Made by a program: the position numbers and the translations under genes. Shown piece by piece: positions 56,701 to 62,734 of a stretch of DNA of 64,000 nucleotides. This DNA is from Lytechinus pictus. Lineage: Eukaryota. The stretch is from assembly GCF_037042905.1 (NCBI RefSeq), contig NC_087245.1:6512001-6576000 (forward strand), in the 5' to 3' direction. The notes beneath the pieces were generated by a model. The model was not told where the DNA came from and made no database searches. It saw only the letters and a list, made by a program, of their open reading frames with translations. Numbering within the stretch: the stretch's first letter is position 1; every line of letters starts with the position of its first letter.

Positions 56701-59700
56701 TTTTAAGTTTGGGTGTTTAATGTCAATATCTGGAAATGGCAGTAGGTTTTTAATTTGCTCTTTATAAAATGACTATTAATAATATTCATGAATGTGTTTT
56801 TACCAAAATCTTTCACAGCATGACCATGATAAAAGTATGTTGAACTTTTTATTTCAGTTTCAATCGATGGATCATTTATGATAGCTGGTATATTTTCATC
56901 TGATCTGAATGACCCCTCTACAGTACTATACCAGAATACAACTTCAAGCATTATCGATGGTGTAAGTTGAACAGGATGATACATATTCTTATTTTGAGTA
57001 AAATAGAAAACATTCTAATGAAATCACAGACAGATCACTTGCTCTTAAGACATGATATTTTCTCTTTGGATACAAGTTCAATGGTCATTTAGGGGATACA
57101 TTCAGTTAAATATATGGAGCGCAATATGGTTAGCTACATGTACCTTTTATTATCACATGCTGTAAAGCACATTTACTGTCCAAATAAAACCTTTAAATGA
57201 AATAAATATTTTAAGTAAAATAGAAAATATTCTAATGAAATATAGTAACAGACGATCACTTGGTCTAAAGACATTTGAATACTTTAGTTTATGGATATAA
57301 GTTCAATGGTCATTTAGGGGGTACATGCAGATATATGGAGCACAATATGGTTAGCTACATGTACCTTTCGTTATCACATGCTGTAAAGCATATTCACTGT
57401 CCAAATAATACATTTAAATGAAATAAATATTTTAAGTTAAATAGAAAATATTATATTGAAATAAGAGACGATCACTTGCTCTAAAGACAATTGATTACTT
57501 TAGTTTATGGATATAAGTTCAATGGTCATTTAGGGGGTACATGCAGATGTATGTAGCACAATATGGTTAGCTACATGTACCTTTCGTTATCACATGCTGT
57601 AAAGCATATTCACTGTCCAAATAATACATTTAAATGAAATAAATATTTTAAGTTAAATAGAAAATATTATATTGAAATAAGAGACGATCACTTGCTCTAA
57701 AGACATTTGATTACTTTAGTTTATGGATATTTCAATGGTCATTTAGGGGGTACATGCAGATATGTGGAGCACAATATGGTTAGCTACATGTACCTTTCGT
57801 TACCACATGCTGTAAAGCATATTAACTGTCCAAATAATACCTTTATGTTTTTGATTTTTTTGTTTAATAATAATGGTCTCTTAATGAAAATGGATCCAAT
57901 ATATTTTCTACAACAGACCTTTGTTAATTTCTACATTGTTTCTTCAAGGTGACTACTGGATAATGAATAATCTTCATATTGCATGACTGTGTACATAGTT
58001 TTGAATACGAGACTCTTTCTTTTGCATAAAAAATAATCAAGAAACTTTTTAACATCTCAGTTTTACGAGAATGGCAAGTTAAAATGTAGGCCTTCTTCTC
58101 ATAGAGAGTTAGTTCTTTTTTAACCAAACCACTTTAATTCATGTTTAGAATGCATGCCATGCTGTATAATTATTGAATTATTTAATCTTAATGCAATCTG
58201 TTCTTTTCAATGACCATATTGTATATTATTAGTTGAGATATTTATGTGAAGCGCATAGAGACTTTGTGTATTATGCACTATAAAAATGTAATTTTATTAT
58301 TATTATTATTAATGGCAACATGTTTGGCATTGGTTAATACTTAAATCTAGTAGGGGTTTGGATTAAACTCTGAAATAATGAAATATTTTGATTAGTTTGT
58401 GTTGAAAGCCAGTTGTTGTCTAGAATTTTTCCATTCCTCAATAGATTGTGTTTTCAAATTCATTGATGTTCTTTTTTGTAATCACAAGGTTGTGACTGGA
58501 ATGGATATTTTCTTTAAAAATGAAGTCATTCCTAGTTGGCTTGTTATGTTATCCTTATGGTATTATTTTCCATGACAGATGGATGCTGTCTTTGAATCAC
58601 TAGGACCTCTGTATTTTGGAGCAACTGTCACAGGTTTCAGGTATGTAAACTGTACTGTGGTACATTTAATAAGATACTTAATATGATGTAACCAACCCAA
58701 ATTACATACATGAAAAAAATATGCTCTCCTTATTAAGATTTTGTGCTTCTGGTTCATGCGATAAAATGATGATTTATATGAATATAACTATATCCAGAGA
58801 TATTATTATTATTTTTTCAAGGAATGGAAGCATCACTACGCACTTCCAAGTTCAACTGAATAGTTTGATAGAAAGTAATGACACCAATCCTTTGATGGCT
58901 ACTCAACAACTGATCAGTGATTCTATCAAGAATGGAGTAAAGAATGGGGTATTTGGAGACTTGCCTGTCATTAATGGATCTGTTGTTATATATCAAGGTA
59001 TTCCATCTACCATTGTTAAGTATTTCTCCCCATGGTACTGTCTGTTCATATTAAGAATATTTATGACACAATGATTTTCTTTGATTCTCTTACACTTCAA
59101 TGACACTGTTCCATAACACTTTACTTCTCCTCACAATATGTGACCTATAACATCACAAACCGAGTTGTTGTTCCTACTGTAAGACGTCCTACAATTTTTA
59201 TTAGTTTAGATAATTTGCGATATGCCTAACATGTGCTTTTATGTAGATGAAGATTAGTGAATTAGGCCTTTTGAAATAATGTCAGGTATTAAGATCAACT
59301 CCAGGTGGGCTTTTCCCAAACAAAATATAACATTTTTTTTTTTACTTTCTATGAAATCAGACTCAAGCTGTCCCTCAGATGGTGTTCAAACTATTCCTGC
59401 CTCGATGCCTTACTACATCATTTCTGAAAACTACCCAATGGACTATGATAATAACCTGAACTGTTTGTGGCTTCTCCAAGCTGATGCTAACCATTCTTTA
59501 GTCATTGACATCCTTGACTTCACATTGGAAAGTGGATATGACTATCTCTACATTGGACTTGGTCACAATAAATCAACTAATAACTCTGTTGTCCTTGAGC
59601 TAACAGGATCTATGGCTCCTACAAGATACTATCTTGGAATGAAGTCATATTTCCACTTTTTATCTGATTCATCTGATTCACGATCTGGGTTCTTATTGAA

Positions 59701-62700
59701 TGTGACATCAATTCCATTTGAATGTAAGTATGAAGAGAGTCCTTATCTATTTCTACTGGTGATTGTTTTGTAAAATTTTGATTTAAATCTTAGTCTTGTA
59801 TGAGGTTTCTTTGAAATATAACTTTTAACCTTAATCCTGGGTATATAATTGCTCCCCTTACGATCTCGGCTGTGGATTGTGTGATCGTGATACAAATTTG
59901 CATGAGGGTAGAGAATGATAATGAGAATGGTAGAGAATGATATGATCTATGTGATGGCATACATATGTAGGTGCATTTTATAAAAATTGATATATTTTAC
60001 TTTACATGAATTAACTATCTTAATTTATTCATAAATTCTTATTTTTTGCTCTACTTCACTAAATGTGACCAGATTCCCAATGCTAAAAAGAACTCGCCCA
60101 AAAATGAATTTTAAGATTTTCATTGAGTTTGAAAAAGCAGGTCCTGAGCTTTAAAGTAATATATACTAGCAGCTTGTGAAAACTGCTCTACAATTACGTA
60201 CACAAATAATAGAATGCACGAGAAACTATTAAGAGACAGCTTTCAAGAAATAAGTGGAAAACAATGTTGAAGTTCAGGTTTCACTCAAGTACTGCAAACT
60301 CGGTGAAACTTCTAAGCAGTCCACATACAAACTTGTGTCTAAGCTAATCTTGTATCTTGCTTTCCGTTCAACTGTACACTTTCAATTCTGACAGTATTTT
60401 GAAGAATAATTTATCTTCCAGATGAGTTTATTTTTTTAATTTTTGCTTTTTGAAGGCCATATTACTATTTTGGTTATTCACAGAGAACTTTTTTCTGGCA
60501 AATTTTTGTTGGTTTTGGGGTAGCTGTTCACAAATATACTCGTAGAATGCTGATTATCTTTATAGCATTCCTAACAATTGTAAATGAAAAGAATTTTGCT
60601 ATCAAAATTATTTTTCTTTTTATTTTTTTTTTATTTCTTAGGTCTTTTATCGTTTTACTTTTATTTATTTATTTATTTATTTTTTTTTTTTTTTTGGGGG
60701 GGGGGGCATTATTCGTTGGTGACATTACTTCAGCCATAAATAGCATCAAGTTAATTGACTGTTATCAATAAAAAAAAATTTAAATCACTCATTTTATAAA
60801 TATTATCTGAAAACACATATTGCATTGACTTTGTAAGTGAAAACATGATTTTTAGCAATTTTTGGTCTTACCTGCATGTACATTATATTGTGAATTTTGT
60901 AACCACATACCAAGGCATCACTAATTTTGTCTCTTTAAGTGTGCAAGACTTGAAAGTAGAAAGTCAGCTAGAGGCGTGGTTGACAATTTTGTGCAGCTGA
61001 TTTATTGCAAATAATGGAGGATAAGGGTTCAAAATAGTTTATTATGTCATATTGTCATATTTTTCTCCAATAACCCAATCTCTTTTTACACTCAAATGCC
61101 ACATTTTACTTCCATACTGTATCATCAGATTTATGCAACTCCTATAAACTAGTCCTTTCATCTTCAGAGAAAACCTTTCTTCATAGAAAAAAAAGATAAA
61201 TTATTGGGGTTAGAATAGATTATCAAGTAAGTTTGTCACATTTTCTCCAATAATCCCCATCTTCTTCTTATTCTTTAAATGCCACATTTTACTCCCATAC
61301 TGTATCATCAAATTTATGCAACTCCTATAAACTAATCCTTTCATCTTCAGAGAAAACCCTTCCCCATATAACAACTCCACACAATCTCTATACTTGATCC
61401 ATCCAAATTGATCTTTTCATATTTTTCCAGTAACTGAATCTTGTGATGCAGACCAGAGAGTTCTGGTAGGATCTAGTTGTGATGGAGTCATAGATTGTTT
61501 TGATAAATCAGATGAACTTGGATGTGGTAAGTCTGTTCCGTAGTTTAAGTATTATTTTTTATCTGGTTATTTATACAAAAAAAGAAGGTACATTAATGCA
61601 TAGTGGCAAGAGAATGAATAACTTGGCGGGGAATTTCATTGTCAACTTTTTTTACTGTGCCATAGGGTAATGTGTTGGTTAAGAGAAGAATTGAAAATTG
61701 GATTGTACACCCTTTTTAGATGCATTTTTTTAAATTGGTTTTGTTATTTACATGTACTTGATTAAAAATTGTAACTTAGAATGATTGCCCAGCGAAAAAG
61801 AAAGATTTGTAGCTAAAATGTAGGCTTCCAACTCTTTCTTAAAGGGCAGTGACATCTTACCTGAGACTCCATTGAAGTTTCATTCTGTTTTTCTCTTATC
61901 TTATCTGTGCTAGTCTAAGCTCTAGTCTTAGGAGTTACGTGACCAGTATGTTATGTTCCTGTTAGTATATCAAGTTTATTTCACCAATTTTAGAGAAAAG
62001 TGATAATACAAATACTTTAAGGGTTGGTAAATTAACACATTGAACTGACCAACTAATAAAGGTTATATAACATTGTAAAAAAGTATCTCATGCTGATTTT
62101 TATTTGTTTTCTTGATGCCTCATGTCATTCACTTTGTTAAGAAAATGTTTGTAAGGTCTTGATACTAATAAAGTACGAAATTGATGTAATTAACATTTTT
62201 AAAGCAAATTCACAATTCCCAGTTCTGGAAAGATTTACAGCAAACTGATTCATTGATAGAATTATCACTGGGCAACAAAGCAAAGTACATGTATGTACAT
62301 TTTATGAATTACTTCTGATATTGACTATTGTAATTATTTCCAAGGATTTTTGTTACTTTCTATAATATCAGACTCAAGCTGTCCCTCAGATGGTGTTCAA
62401 ACTATTCCTGCCTCGATGCCTTACAACATCATGTCTAAAAACTACCCAATGGACTATGATAATAACCTGAACTGTTTGTGGCTTCTCCAAGCTGATGCTA
62501 ACCATTCTTTAGTCATTGACATCCTTGACTTCACATTGGAAAGTGGATATGACTATCTCTACATTGGACTTGGTCACAATCAATCAAATGAGAACTCTGT
62601 TGTCCTTGAGCTAACAGGATCTATAACTCCAACTAGATACTATCTTGGAATGAAGTTGTATCTTCAATTTTTATCTGATTCATTTGTTTCACGATCTGGG

Positions 62701-62734
62701 TTCTCATTGAATGTGACATCCATTCCATTTGAAT
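125..62734 (+). CDS. Giant mosaic extracellular serine protease-domain protein (SEA/HYR/LDLa/trypsin-fold protease/Frizzled/CUB); partial gene model, 48 exons, about 3,345 aa in the window
   Basis: All exons listed below have AG/GT boundaries and join in frame. No start or stop lies in the window. That they form a single transcript is inferred from phase compatibility. Confidence 0.8.
330..673 (+). mobile_element. HINE-like tandem-unit element family B, 3' part (other pieces at 1-35 and about 26106-26381)
   Basis: Unit of about 150 bp (aggctc...tgtgtat.atactagcatggatcc...ttttgaggtc) and shared 3' end tattatgtgct.g....ag..acactct.gttt. Confidence 0.6.
894..1160 (+). mobile_element. tRNA-derived SINE
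   Basis: A box TGGCCCAGTGG (903-913), B box GGTTCGAATCC (947-957), body caacccaggtgaggtaaatgggtacc, (TAT)n tail; three related copies on the - strand. Confidence 0.88.
1583..1758 (+). CDS. SEA domain 1, last exon ([10 protein letters not shown]...LSVYQ)
   Basis: ttccag|...caag|gt, 176 nt; NGSI resembles the SEA GSVVV-type motif; paralog of 41590-41765. Confidence 0.85.
2055..2303 (+). CDS. HYR (hyalin repeat) exon 1, with a 6-nt in-frame insertion
   Basis: [12 protein letters not shown]...GDYMYFPIG...CTFYVTVI; phase 1-1; 249 nt versus the usual 243. Confidence 0.88.
2696..3197 (+). mobile_element. HINE-like family A copy (short array)
   Basis: Same ends and tandem unit as 47593-49100. Confidence 0.8.
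3385..3645 (-). mobile_element. Diverged tRNA-derived SINE of another family (related fragment at about 27000-27140)
   Basis: tRNA-like head on the - strand (ggctcagttg...ggagttcagaccctg); ttgatcgtgg..ctggcagcc is shared with about 27085-27110. Confidence 0.5.
3909..4151 (+). CDS. HYR exon 2
   Basis: 243 nt, phase 1-1, [12 protein letters not shown]...CTFYISVT. Confidence 0.88.
4557..4799 (+). CDS. HYR exon 3
   Basis: 243 nt, tctcag|...g|gtaag. Confidence 0.9.
5222..5464 (+). CDS. HYR exon 4
   Basis: 243 nt; inside ORF 5170..5472. Confidence 0.9.
5701..5943 (+). CDS. HYR exon 5
   Basis: 243 nt; inside ORF 5688..5960. Confidence 0.9.
6950..7310 (+). mobile_element. SINE-like retroposon; its 3' part recurs inverted at about 4380-4522
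   Basis: tRNA-like head (tctcagtcggta...ggttcaagtcc); 7183-7295 matches the reverse complement of 4411-4522, which carries an A-rich tail. Confidence 0.6.
10435..10584 (+). pseudogene. Decayed HYR pseudo-exon
   Basis: [34 protein letters not shown] is recognisable, but with internal deletions, a frameshift and no clear 5' part or acceptor. Confidence 0.8.
10716..10958 (+). CDS. HYR exon 6
   Basis: 243 nt; [12 protein letters not shown]... Confidence 0.9.
11309..11492 (-). mobile_element. tRNA-derived SINE, tail removed by a deletion
   Basis: Near-identical to 13338-13521. Confidence 0.85.
11888..12130 (+). CDS. HYR exon 7
   Basis: 243 nt, phase 1-1. Confidence 0.9.
12591..12833 (+). CDS. 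HYR exon 8 (chimeric)
   Basis: 243 nt, phase 1-1. Confidence 0.9.
12938..13180 (+). CDS. HYR exon 9
   Basis: 243 nt, catag|...g|gtaag. Confidence 0.9.
13224..13521 (-). mobile_element. tRNA-derived SINE
   Basis: Reverse-complement match to 894-1160; (AAT)n tail at 13224; empty paralogous site at about 12161-12190. Confidence 0.88.
13917..14159 (+). CDS. HYR exon 10
   Basis: 243 nt; near-identical to exon 7. Confidence 0.9.
14620..14862 (+). CDS. HYR exon 11
   Basis: 243 nt, phase 1-1. Confidence 0.9.
15422..15664 (+). CDS. HYR exon 12
   Basis: 243 nt; [12 protein letters not shown]... Confidence 0.9.
15769..16014 (+). CDS. HYR exon 13 (one extra codon)
   Basis: 246 nt; copy of exon 9 with an in-frame 3-nt insertion. 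Confidence 0.9.
16058..16349 (-). mobile_element. tRNA-derived SINE (co-duplicated with the HYR unit)
   Basis: Same flanks as 13224-13521, shorter (AAT)n tail. Confidence 0.88.
16745..16987 (+). CDS. HYR exon 14
   Basis: 243 nt, phase 1-1. Confidence 0.9.
17118..18006. mobile_element. Foldback/MITE-like element with long imperfect terminal inverted repeats and a central (TA)n
   Basis: 17191-17400 pairs with 17700-17910, for example tgtcaccaaagact..aatatcaaccacttt / aaagtggttgatatt..agtctttggtgaca; weaker pairing further out. Confidence 0.7.
18573..18968. mobile_element. Possible Kolobok-like MITE
   Basis: TTAA|AGGTAAATGCTAGT... with an imperfect inverted end actggaatttctct; internal palindrome agcgtcgggcccgacgct; right TSD not preserved. 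Confidence 0.45.
20340..20582 (+). CDS. HYR exon 15
   Basis: 243 nt, phase 1-1. Confidence 0.9.
21396..22493. mobile_element. MITE with terminal inverted repeats of about 27 bp
   Basis: gtaggggaaggcgggttaagatgagcc / ggctcaacttaccatgccttcccctac. Confidence 0.75.
21704..22401 (+). mobile_element. HINE-like family A copy, nested in MITE 21396-22493
   Basis: Same ends and tandem unit as 47593-49100. Confidence 0.8.
22773..22895 (+). CDS. LDL-receptor class A exon (6 Cys)
   Basis: [36 protein letters not shown]; 123 nt, phase 1-1. Confidence 0.92.
23619..23814 (+). CDS. Serine protease exon 1 (activation site R-IVGG, catalytic His)
   Basis: CG...[16 protein letters not shown]...[20 protein letters not shown]; ca|gtaagt. 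Confidence 0.95.
24025..24940. mobile_element. TTAA-flanked non-autonomous DNA transposon (Kolobok-like GG...CC termini)
   Basis: TTAA|ggacgttccacagtta ... taactgggaagtcc|TTAA; internal repeat aaatccatgt at about 24046, 24267 and 24481. Confidence 0.75.
25231..25508 (+). CDS. Serine protease exon 2 (catalytic Asp)
   Basis: Not in the ORF track; manual translation [23 protein letters not shown]...ISPVCL...CISIGWG; phase 2-1. Confidence 0.93.
26782..26921 (+). CDS. Serine protease exon 3
   Basis: [16 protein letters not shown]...[17 protein letters not shown]|gtgagt; phase 1-0. Confidence 0.93.
27331..29286 (+). mobile_element. Penelope-like retroelement (RT plus GIY-YIG endonuclease), 5'-truncated and decayed, with inverted pLTRs
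   Basis: [39 protein letters not shown] is degenerate (RNVDN); stop at 28084; frameshift near 28377; NIVYAIQC...YIGET endonuclease motif; 27372-27610 is the reverse complement of 29053-29289; flanked by the 16-nt direct repeat aatagaac(a/g)tctcttt (27315-27330 and 29287-29302). Confidence 0.93.
29200..29242 (+). ncRNA. Minimal hammerhead ribozyme-like motif in the Penelope pLTR (second copy on the - strand near 27420-27463)
   Basis: agag-CCGAAGA-agcatcc-loop-gga(c/t)gt-GAAA-c-t-GTC-ctct; the core differs from CUGANGA at one position. Confidence 0.6.
31813..31990 (+). CDS. Serine protease exon 4 (catalytic Ser, GDSGSS)
   Basis: [28 protein letters not shown]...[14 protein letters not shown]; ends at the donor a|gtaagt with no stop. 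Confidence 0.93.
32499..32734 (+). CDS. Frizzled cysteine-rich domain exon 1
   Basis: [15 protein letters not shown]...C...LIC....EC......PCRQMCEE. Confidence 0.9.
33570..33684 (+). CDS. Frizzled cysteine-rich domain exon 2
   Basis: VKMAC...LLPCDLFP...LLC; completes the 10-Cys Frizzled CRD pattern; phase 0-1. Confidence 0.9.
34275..34631 (+). CDS. CUB domain 1 (divergent)
   Basis: CG...ITNPSFPSY....CTW...GFEL; 357 nt, phase 1-1. Confidence 0.85.
35149..35277 (+). CDS. LDLa exon (6 Cys)
   Basis: Not in the ORF track; [38 protein letters not shown]; 129 nt. Confidence 0.9.
35607..35732 (+). CDS. LDLa exon (6 Cys)
   Basis: [36 protein letters not shown]; 126 nt. Confidence 0.92.
35790..36127 (+). 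mobile_element. Diverged tRNA-derived SINE
   Basis: Degenerate B box tttgaattcc, gtgtcctttggcaag, ccacccaggtgttaaatgggtacc core, tattat tail. Confidence 0.65.
36525..36887 (+). CDS. CUB domain 2
   Basis: SDNYP..Y....ECLW...[10 protein letters not shown]...[12 protein letters not shown]; 363 nt. Confidence 0.92.
37396..38083. mobile_element. piggyBac-like MITE (TTAA|CCC...), nested in an older TIR element at about 37368-38804
   Basis: TTAA on both sides; taagaagacgga / tccgtcttctta inverted repeat; outer ends cctggaggtgtttca / tgaaacaccccctgg. Confidence 0.7.
38978..39073 (+). CDS. 4-Cys LDLa-like exon 1
   Basis: [31 protein letters not shown]; 96 nt, phase 1-1. Confidence 0.88.
39865..39968 (+). 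CDS. SEA domain 2, first exon
   Basis: [34 protein letters not shown], matching the SEA F...L.D..S..Y pattern; phase 1-0. Confidence 0.85.
39995..40615. repeat. Intronic tandem repeat, about 210 bp x3
   Basis: atcacttgctct recurs at about 40040, 40244 and 40457. Confidence 0.85.
41347..41408 (+). CDS. SEA domain 2, middle exon
   Basis: [20 protein letters not shown](R); 62 nt, phase 0-2. Confidence 0.85.
41590..41765 (+). CDS. SEA domain 2, last exon
   Basis: [10 protein letters not shown]...GSVVIYQ; 176 nt, phase 2-1. Confidence 0.85.
42129..42491 (+). CDS. CUB domain 3
   Basis: 363 nt; paralog of CUB2. Confidence 0.92.
42594..43805. mobile_element. Degenerate MITE of the same family with a nested element (about 42830-43303, related to about 8630-9092); duplicated at about 59826-61030
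   Basis: ccccttacgatctcggctg head and gcaagacttgaaagt..aaagtca tail; the nested part shares ttgagtt.gaaaa.gca..tcct.agct.taaagt with about 8690-8725. Confidence 0.5.
43830..44150 (-). mobile_element. Possible RTE-type LINE fragment present as two tandem copies (duplicated at about 61050-61375)
   Basis: - strand [25 protein letters not shown] resembles the K..VY...V...L.YG.E.W region of RTE ORFs. Confidence 0.45.
44206..44301 (+). CDS. 4-Cys LDLa-like exon 2
   Basis: [31 protein letters not shown]; 96 nt. Confidence 0.88.
45147..45509 (+). CDS. CUB domain 4
   Basis: 363 nt, phase 1-1. Confidence 0.92.
45520..46895. mobile_element. Head-to-head pair of piggyBac-like MITE relatives (duplicated at 62745-64000)
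   Basis: A - strand copy to 46133 abuts a + strand copy starting ttaaccc at about 46135; both share tggtctcaaaagttgcgcgagactt with 37396-38083. Confidence 0.65.
47274..47369 (+). CDS. 4-Cys LDLa-like exon 3
   Basis: [31 protein letters not shown]; 96 nt. Confidence 0.88.
47593..49100 (+). mobile_element. HINE/DINE-1-like non-autonomous Helentron-type element (family A), best-preserved copy
   Basis: Subterminal inverted repeat gtctcgcctgcat (47598-47610) / atgcaggcgagac (49067-49079), short 5' inverted repeat, (GGC)n tract, about 8 central tandem units of about 163 bp, 3' GCC-AGA-GGC hairpin, T-rich 5' flank. Confidence 0.8.
50162..50527 (+). CDS. CUB domain 5
   Basis: 366 nt, phase 1-1. 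Confidence 0.9.
50762..51010. repeat. Compound microsatellite (GTA)n/(GTAGTG)n/(GTAGTT)n
   Basis: Directly visible. Confidence 0.97.
51322..51417 (+). CDS. 4-Cys LDLa-like exon 4
   Basis: [31 protein letters not shown]; 96 nt. Confidence 0.88.
52105..52582 (+). mobile_element. HINE-like tandem-unit element family C
   Basis: Short (CCTT)-like tract, about 3 internal units (tggtttc...taact...tggtgtgt...gatgaca.caaaatacaggctaagtt), 3' hairpin gtgtcc-ttt-ggacac, ends ctagttt. Confidence 0.5.
52830..53174 (+). CDS. CUB domain 6 (no cysteines)
   Basis: [18 protein letters not shown]...TEPNYDFL...[12 protein letters not shown]; 345 nt; boundaries chosen for phase 1-1 compatibility. Confidence 0.82.
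53475..53982 (+). mobile_element. Old Penelope-like relic (endonuclease C-terminus between inverted repeats)
   Basis: About 53690-53825 translates as [33 protein letters not shown], similar to the end of ORF 28338..29231; 53475-53613 is an imperfect reverse complement of 53842-53982. Confidence 0.8.
54173..54289 (+). CDS. LDLa exon (6 Cys)
   Basis: [36 protein letters not shown]; 117 nt. Confidence 0.9.
54701..55063 (+). CDS. CUB domain 7
   Basis: 363 nt, phase 1-1. Confidence 0.92.
55604..55699 (+). CDS. 4-Cys LDLa-like exon 5
   Basis: [31 protein letters not shown]; 96 nt. Confidence 0.88.
56858..56961 (+). CDS. SEA domain 3, first exon
   Basis: Duplicate of 39865-39968. Confidence 0.85.
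56990..57845. repeat. Same tandem repeat, about 216 bp x4
   Basis: gatcacttg at 57033, 57254, 57470 and 57686. Confidence 0.85.
58579..58640 (+). CDS. SEA domain 3, middle exon
   Basis: Duplicate of 41347-41408. Confidence 0.85.
58822..58997 (+). CDS. SEA domain 3, last exon
   Basis: Duplicate of 41590-41765. Confidence 0.85.
59361..59723 (+). CDS. CUB domain 8
   Basis: Duplicate of CUB3 with identical translation. Confidence 0.9.
61431..61526 (+). CDS. 4-Cys LDLa-like exon 6
   Basis: Duplicate of 44206-44301. Confidence 0.88.
62372..62734 (+). CDS. CUB domain 9
   Basis: Duplicate of CUB4 with identical translation. Confidence 0.9.
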
